Below are positions 58,449 to 64,000 of a stretch of 64,000 nucleotides of DNA, one piece after another (within the stretch, counting starts at the first letter, position 1; the number at the start of each line of letters is the position of its first letter). The position numbers were made by a program, and so were the translations under genes. The notes under the pieces were generated by a model. That model did not search any database, had not been told where the DNA came from, and saw only the letters and a list, made by a program, of their open reading frames with translations. The stretch is from an uncultured Thermoproteaceae archaeon. GTDB lineage: Archaea > Thermoproteota > Thermoprotei > Thermoproteales > Thermocladiaceae. The stretch is from positions 32,001 to 96,000 of the forward strand of contig CAZNTG010000009.1 in NCBI GenBank assembly GCA_964575955.1. The letters are read 5' to 3'.

Positions 58449-59948
58449 GTGTTCATAAACATAGCTGAGCTGGTATTAAGAGAGGTTGAAAGTTGTGTAA
58501 ATACTAAATCTATCTCTAGAATATTAAGCTATATTAAAGATGTGACTGAGAAGTACGTAGACGTTTTCATGACGTATACATTATATGAAGAGTGTAATGA
58601 TGAGAAGATAGATATAGAATCTATAATAGATAGAGCTAGATTAAGTACAGCACTTTTTCAAAGATTTGCAATACTATGTGACTCATACACGTTCAGGTTA
58701 GTGTATAACAGCATTAGAAGCATAGTAGTGAGAGGAGCTGTAGTATTGATAGTATTAGACTATCAGGATATTAGAGATATAGTACATGATCTAGACATTA
58801 TATACGATATTGAAAATATTGAAGAATATCCTAAAGCAATAGCAGAAGCTTTAGATATTAGTGAATCTATAGAAAAGGTAGTAATCCTGAGAATACCAAT
58901 ATTCATAAAACATGACTCTAGTGATAGAGAAGAAAAATTAGAAATATATAAGAGAAATATAGGACTATTCTATAGAGATTGGAAATACACATACGCATGG
59001 ATTAGCTCAGATATAAGATACATAGATAATAATGAGAAAATACAGAATAGATGTATAAGAATCTTAGAGATAGGTACTGGACAGGAATTAATAATAGTTG
59101 ATAAGCCATTAAGAAGATTTATACTAAATGGTGCAGATTTAGACAAGTATAGATTTATAATACCAGAAATATATACTATAAATAAGATTGAGAATATTAA
59201 TGCAAAATCAATAATAACAATATGTAGAAGATTTATTAGAAAATATGAAAAATACCACTATATAGATACCTATAAACTATATGAAAAATATGTTGAATAT
59301 TTAAGAAACAATATCACAGGTAAGGTTAGGCTATTATTATCAATACCCCTAACATTACTAAACCTATTTAAAGATTTGAACATTCTGGTTCTATCATCAT
59401 TCAAAATACCTAACATCTCCAAAACAGGTAAGTATGATGTGAGATTTATTACTAAAGTTCCTGAAAATATATTTGACTGTGTTGATATTCAAGTTAAGAA
59501 GATTAGTGAGTTAGAGATTTTTGAAGATAAGATTCCTAAATCAATAAACATAATATACCTATCTACGAAATTAGATTTTAAAGATATTGATAATATTAAT
59601 AAATTGCGTAGAACTTTAATAATAACATACTATGATGATGATATTGTTAAGTTTTTAAAACTTAAAGATGTTAAGTATGTTATTCTAGATATTGATAATG
59701 ATATTATTTATAGAATATATAAAGCTATTGGTAAAGTCTCTATAATACTACTAAAATACTATCCTAGAGGTGTAGTATGTAGATTCGAGTATTGTGATAG
59801 ATGTGGAATGTGTAGTAAATTGATGTGTAGAGCTATAACATTTCAGGATAGTCAAGTGAAGATTATTGATGAACTATGCGATAGATGTCAGGCATGTGTT
59901 GTAGCATGTACTAGAGGTGTATTTTCCCTGAAAGATCAAGAAGTTTAG
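58449..59948 (+). CDS. Highly degenerate IorA-like protein with C-terminal 2[4Fe-4S] domain
   Basis: Residual IorA-like segments (GAVVLIVLD; EALDISE..EKVVILR) and CDRCGMC...C / CDRCQAC...C; start placed at GTG 58449 to avoid overlap with trm10. Confidence 0.6.
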   Translation: MFINIAELVLREVESCVNTKSISRILSYIKDVTEKYVDVFMTYTLYEECNDEKIDIESIIDRARLSTALFQRFAILCDSYTFRLVYNSIRSIVVRGAVVLIVLDYQDIRDIVHDLDIIYDIENIEEYPKAIAEALDISESIEKVVILRIPIFIKHDSSDREEKLEIYKRNIGLFYRDWKYTYAWISSDIRYIDNNEKIQNRCIRILEIGTGQELIIVDKPLRRFILNGADLDKYRFIIPEIYTINKIENINAKSIITICRRFIRKYEKYHYIDTYKLYEKYVEYLRNNITGKVRLLLSIPLTLLNLFKDLNILVLSSFKIPNISKTGKYDVRFITKVPENIFDCVDIQVKKISELEIFEDKIPKSINIIYLSTKLDFKDIDNINKLRRTLIITYYDDDIVKFLKLKDVKYVILDIDNDIIYRIYKAIGKVSIILLKYYPRGVVCRFEYCDRCGMCSKLMCRAITFQDSQVKIIDELCDRCQACVVACTRGVFSLKDQEV

Positions 59949-60726
59949 GATCTACATTAAATTCAACTTCTAGTAATTCTCTCTCAACAGGACTTAATAC
60001 TGCTGGTATAACTATGCTATGTGGTGGTTCTTCACTATAGTTTTCAAAATTTTTTAGAATATCTACTTTAACTTTCATATTTGGATATCCAAGTCTAGAT
60101 ACAACAATCATTAACCTATCTTCACAAAATATACCTTCTCTCCTCCTATCTTCCATCATCTTTAATATCTTTATAGCATCATCTACAGGCATGAAACCTC
60201 CATCATCTTTAATATCTAGTAGTAGTATTGTGTGTAAATTTCTTGTAAGATTTTCCTTAGTAATTTCATAAGGTCTTTCTGATAAAACTCCAAGTCTTGG
60301 ATATGTTATAGTTGCTATAGGGCCAATCCTGTATGGACTTAATCCAAGTAGACTAATTATTGAATTTAATATTGAAACTCCATGTATAACTTCAACATCA
60401 TGACCTAACTTTCTAACTATTATTCTAACAGCTGTATGTGTTGTAGCTATCATAGGATCTCCAGGAACTAGTAGTGCAGTATCTTCACCTTTATTTAACA
60501 CATCTATAATCTTTCTACAATTATAATCTTCAATATCTTTTCTAGAAAGTTCTACAACTTCAATATCTCCAACATACCTCCTCAATACTTCTATCAATAA
60601 ATTTTTAGGTATTGGTGATGTGTAACATTCATAAAATACTATTCTAAGTTTCTTCAATACTTCTAAAGCTCTAACACTTATATAATCAGGATATATTCCA
60701 ACACCGATAATGTATAGTTTAGCCAT
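59911..60726 (-). CDS. dph5: Diphthine synthase
   Basis: IGVG, E.YTS, GDP..ATTH, HT..LLD, PPHS...P. Confidence 0.94.
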   Translation of the reverse strand: MAKLYIIGVGIYPDYISVRALEVLKKLRIVFYECYTSPIPKNLLIEVLRRYVGDIEVVELSRKDIEDYNCRKIIDVLNKGEDTALLVPGDPMIATTHTAVRIIVRKLGHDVEVIHGVSILNSIISLLGLSPYRIGPIATITYPRLGVLSERPYEITKENLTRNLHTILLLDIKDDGGFMPVDDAIKILKMMEDRRREGIFCEDRLMIVVSRLGYPNMKVKVDILKNFENYSEEPPHSIVIPAVLSPVERELLEVEFNVDPKLLDLSGKIHL

Positions 60727-60752
60727 ACAAGACTAGATTATAGTACTGCAAT

Positions 60753-61442
60753 ATGAAGACTCTCCATCTAATAATTGCAGAGAGTGCACTTGAAACAATT
60801 CCAAAAGAGATAATTAATCATCCACAAATTTTGAAAGATGCTAAAAGAAGAGGAAAGGATCCACGCTTCATGATATTAGACAGATCTAGACATCATGAAG
60901 CAATGAAAAATTTGAAAGATTCACATAAGAGAGGTAGACCTGACATAGTATACCTATCTCTACAGGTAACACAGTACACACCTATGAATAGTGTTGGATT
61001 ATTAAGAACTTACATACATACTATAGATAATAAAGTAATATTTATAGATCCAACAACAAGAATACCACGTAATTATAACAACTTTATTGGACTAATAGAA
61101 CAATTATATAAACTTAGTAGAGTTCCACCAACAGGAAAACCACTATTAACATTGAGAAATATGAATCTAAAAGAGTTGATAGATTATATAAATCCTAGTG
61201 TAGTGATACTTCTAGATGATGTTAAAGGTATTGAAATAACATTTAGAGATTTAGTTAACCAAATTATAAATCTAGAATATCCATGTATTATTGTTGGAGG
61301 ATTTCCACATGGTGAATTTAGTGAATTTACATACAGGATTGTTGATAAGGTGTATAAAATTGGTAAGTATGTGTACTCTACATTTCTAATAATATCAAAA
61401 CTAATAACATATATAGAGAATAGAATTGGTCTTGAGGAGTAG
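60753..61442 (+). CDS. nep1: 16S rRNA pseudouridine N1-methyltransferase Nep1
   Basis: LD.S.H, RGRPDI, RIPRNY..F.GL, GGFPHG. Confidence 0.94.
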   Translation: MKTLHLIIAESALETIPKEIINHPQILKDAKRRGKDPRFMILDRSRHHEAMKNLKDSHKRGRPDIVYLSLQVTQYTPMNSVGLLRTYIHTIDNKVIFIDPTTRIPRNYNNFIGLIEQLYKLSRVPPTGKPLLTLRNMNLKELIDYINPSVVILLDDVKGIEITFRDLVNQIINLEYPCIIVGGFPHGEFSEFTYRIVDKVYKIGKYVYSTFLIISKLITYIENRIGLEE

Positions 61443-61443
61443 A

Positions 61444-62637
61444 CTAGGTTTTTGCAATATTTATATTTGCATCTTTAACATCTTTCCTATTAACTGTATT
61501 ATTTACCTCTTTTCTAGCTCTCTTAAACTCTTTCAATTTCCTCATAGTGTACACTAGCGGATTTTTAACACCACATGAACCTCCTGTTGGGCATAATCCT
61601 AAGCTTTGAAGTTCATCACAGTTTGGTGGTAGGTAGAATTTTCTGCCACCTACGAGACCTGCAATATGCTGTACTTGATATCTAGTCTTTCTTTCATCAA
61701 AATCTGCAACAGTTCTAAATAGATCTACAACTTTTTCAATAGCATCATTTATATCAACCTTTAGAAGTTTAATGTAGTAGTTTAGTAGAAAACTTGCAAC
61801 TGTAAATCTAGCCATGTGGCTTGGATTACCTCCACTTCTAATATCGCTAATTATCGCCTGTATACATGGTGGAAATATTTGATCTTCACTAACTTTACCA
61901 CTAATTTTTGAAATTTCTATTCTAGGTATGAACATCTTCTCTATCTTTCTCAATCTATCTCCAATAATCTCTCTAATACTTGAACATATAATATCATTTT
62001 TTGAAGAATTTTCAATCATATTCAATATCTGCTTTTCTACAGCCTCTTCAACAAGTCTTGCAAGTTCTCTATATGTTAAAAGTACATAGCCCCTAGCTAG
62101 ATATCTGTTAGTTAATTTCCAATTTGGATCATTTTTCGGACGATATTTTAAATATGTCCATACAGGTATTGCAATGTCGAAAAATATGTTAAGTTTTTCA
62201 CATTTTACAACATCTCTAACCTGTCTTGTATATATTCCAAACTCCTCAGCTATATACAATATGCAGTCTCTATCGATTTCTAAACATAGATTATCACTCA
62301 TATACTTACTTAAGACATCTGCAAATCTAGTCCATACCTTCCTATCTAGCTGTGCAACTATCAATATTGAGAGGTATGTACATATTAGAAATGTCTCAAC
62401 ATCAGAAAGATATTCTTGAGGAATGCTACCTCTCTTCAATACATGTTCTACAAAATTTACACTTCTCTCAACAATATCTCTATCTTTTAGAAGATCTTCA
62501 AGTATGTATTTGGATATTCTCTGCTTTCCCTCTCTAGTAAATGGGTATCTAAGTATGAATCTATCATAGTCTTCTAAACATCTTGGCAATATCACGATTA
62601 TAGTAGACTTAAATAATATATAAGGTAGCGTTTTCAC
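61444..62637 (-). CDS. priL: DNA primase large subunit PriL
   Basis: YPF, PPC, H..R, DF....TRYQ..H, PP.C...GLC....C...NP Fe-S ligands. Confidence 0.92.
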   Translation of the reverse strand: MKTLPYILFKSTIIVILPRCLEDYDRFILRYPFTREGKQRISKYILEDLLKDRDIVERSVNFVEHVLKRGSIPQEYLSDVETFLICTYLSILIVAQLDRKVWTRFADVLSKYMSDNLCLEIDRDCILYIAEEFGIYTRQVRDVVKCEKLNIFFDIAIPVWTYLKYRPKNDPNWKLTNRYLARGYVLLTYRELARLVEEAVEKQILNMIENSSKNDIICSSIREIIGDRLRKIEKMFIPRIEISKISGKVSEDQIFPPCIQAIISDIRSGGNPSHMARFTVASFLLNYYIKLLKVDINDAIEKVVDLFRTVADFDERKTRYQVQHIAGLVGGRKFYLPPNCDELQSLGLCPTGGSCGVKNPLVYTMRKLKEFKRARKEVNNTVNRKDVKDANINIAKT

Positions 62638-63797
62638 TCAAACTCTATAGTTGCTGGTGGTTTTGGTGTAATATCATAACCAACTGCTGAAACTTCTGGA
62701 CATTCATTAAATACTTTATTAGAAATCTCTCTTAAGTATTGTATTGGTATCTTAGCAACTCTAGCAGTCATAAAGTTGCTAGTTATTACAGCTCTAATAG
62801 CTATGAAGTACTTTCCTGAACTTCTTCTATCTAATTCATATACTACATGTGCAATATCTGGTCTTCTAGTAGTTATATACATGTATACTCTATACATCTC
62901 ATCTTCAGAGAGTTCACCTCTAATCAATGCTATTGGACCATAAACTCTAGAATCACCTTTAACACCTGTACCTCTAGCTTTTGTAAATATGTAAACTTCT
63001 AAATCTTTCTTAAGACTAGTCTTCAATATTCTTGTCAGATCTTCGTCAATATCATACTCATCTTCCCATATTGCTGCAAACCATTGACTTAATGAGAATT
63101 TTTCTAACATCTTCTCAACAATATCATGAGCTTTCTTCAAAACTTCAAGCTTTTCAATATAGAACTCTCCAACACATCTAACAAGTAGTCCAGGTCCTGG
63201 AAATGGTTGTCTATAGACTATCTCATCAGGTATTCCTAAATATTTAGCTACTGCACGTACCTGATCTTTATAAAGTTCTCTTAGTGGTTCTACAACTTTA
63301 AAACCAAATTCACGTACAGGATCTATACCGACATGTTCAAGAACATTATGTTGTGTCTTTATACCACCTCTAGTCTCAATCCAGTCAGGTGCTATTGTTC
63401 CCTGTACAAGCCATTCACATTTCTTTAAATTTGCAATTTCTGAAAGTGTTTTATAGAAGATCTTTCTAAAAGTTATACGCTTAATCTCAGCATCTTTTAA
63501 ACCTCTTAACTCTCTATAAAATCTATCTTTAACATCTATCAACTCTATACTTGGCAATACTTTACGAAGAATATTTACAACCTTCTCAGGTTCATTTAAT
63601 CTCATAAATCCTGTATCTAGAAATATTGGACATAGTTTTTCACCAATTGCACGATATGTTAATACTGCAGCAGTTGTAGAATCAACACCACCACTAACAG
63701 CTGCTAATGCTCTTGTAATTCCTAACTTCCTAATCTCCTCTATACATTTCTGTACAAATTCTTCAGGTTTAAATCCTTCTAAAGCTATTGTAGACAT
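62634..63797 (-). CDS. guaA: GMP synthase subunit B (ATP pyrophosphatase)
   Basis: SGGVDS, QGT, IKTQHN, RQPFPGPGL, KPPATIEFE; no GATase domain; start moved to ATG 63797 from TATA spacing. Confidence 0.94.
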   Translation of the reverse strand: MSTIALEGFKPEEFVQKCIEEIRKLGITRALAAVSGGVDSTTAAVLTYRAIGEKLCPIFLDTGFMRLNEPEKVVNILRKVLPSIELIDVKDRFYRELRGLKDAEIKRITFRKIFYKTLSEIANLKKCEWLVQGTIAPDWIETRGGIKTQHNVLEHVGIDPVREFGFKVVEPLRELYKDQVRAVAKYLGIPDEIVYRQPFPGPGLLVRCVGEFYIEKLEVLKKAHDIVEKMLEKFSLSQWFAAIWEDEYDIDEDLTRILKTSLKKDLEVYIFTKARGTGVKGDSRVYGPIALIRGELSEDEMYRVYMYITTRRPDIAHVVYELDRRSSGKYFIAIRAVITSNFMTARVAKIPIQYLREISNKVFNECPEVSAVGYDITPKPPATIEFE

Positions 63798-63844
63798 ATG
63801 CTTTATGAAGTATATCTTCAAGATTAATAAAGATAGTCCTAGGT

Positions 63845-63894
63845 TCAGGCTCGCCCATCGTTCATCAATACTCAGCTACCAACGCGTTCATCAT
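63845..63894 (-). ncRNA. Box C/D methylation-guide sRNA #5
   Basis: Minus strand reads ATGATGA acgcgttggtag CTGA gtat TGATGA acgatgggcgagc CTGA, all four boxes consensus; TTATAAAT at 63928-63921. Confidence 0.93.
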
Positions 63895-64000
63895 AACTAC
63901 GGTATATATGTTAAGCACATATTTATAAGTTAGTCCTCTAGAGCACTTATAAATGTCTGAGAGAGATTTAAGAATTGATATAGTTAAAATATTGTTCATA

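Noticed and set aside
124-62537. Dozens of 60-200 aa ORFs antisense to or nested in long genes (e.g. 6131-6640, 11430-12029, 13557-14015, 24989-25519, 52217-52675)
   Set aside because: Ser/Ile/Leu-rich shadow frames of well-supported genes, with no motifs.
1-64000. CRISPR arrays, tRNA/rRNA genes, transposases, integrases
   Set aside because: No spaced direct repeats, cloverleaf-length GC-rich islands or recombinase motifs seen; the GC-rich islands found are about 50-60 nt and fit C/D sRNAs.
1-64000. Frequent TCTAGA/AGATCT/CTAG words
   Set aside because: Explained by preferred codons (CTA, AGA, GAT, TCT); not quantified and no positional pattern seen.

Overview
AT-rich (roughly 30% GC, judged by eye), very gene-dense chromosomal window from an archaeon. 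Gene content and organisation point to Thermoproteota, most like Thermoproteales: archaeal-type GlyRS/LeuRS/IleRS/MetRS, EndA, RpoP, PriL, Nep1, Dph5, Trm10, proteasome beta, IDI-2, and r-protein and A-ATPase genes scattered outside operons. It holds about 60 mostly housekeeping CDSs, with no recognisable rRNA, tRNA, CRISPR array or mobile element. The ORF track misses five box C/D methylation-guide sRNAs in GC-rich islands (4042-4092 +, 5434-5482 -, 7560-7608 -, 39540-39599 -, 63845-63894 -), a 51-aa rpoP gene, and symmetric TATA boxes shared by divergent genes. The most unusual proteins are: an HTH fused to a degenerate tetrapyrrole-methylase domain between purA and purB; an A-ATPase subunit I with an apparently duplicated soluble module; an eroded IorA-like pseudoenzyme; an orphan HerA/VirB4-like ATPase with altered motifs; a DgcA/DgcN-like pair; and orphan CooC-CooT/HypC/HypA nickel maturases. 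No clearly delimited new multi-gene system is evident. All calls come from motif recognition by eye; no database searches were run.
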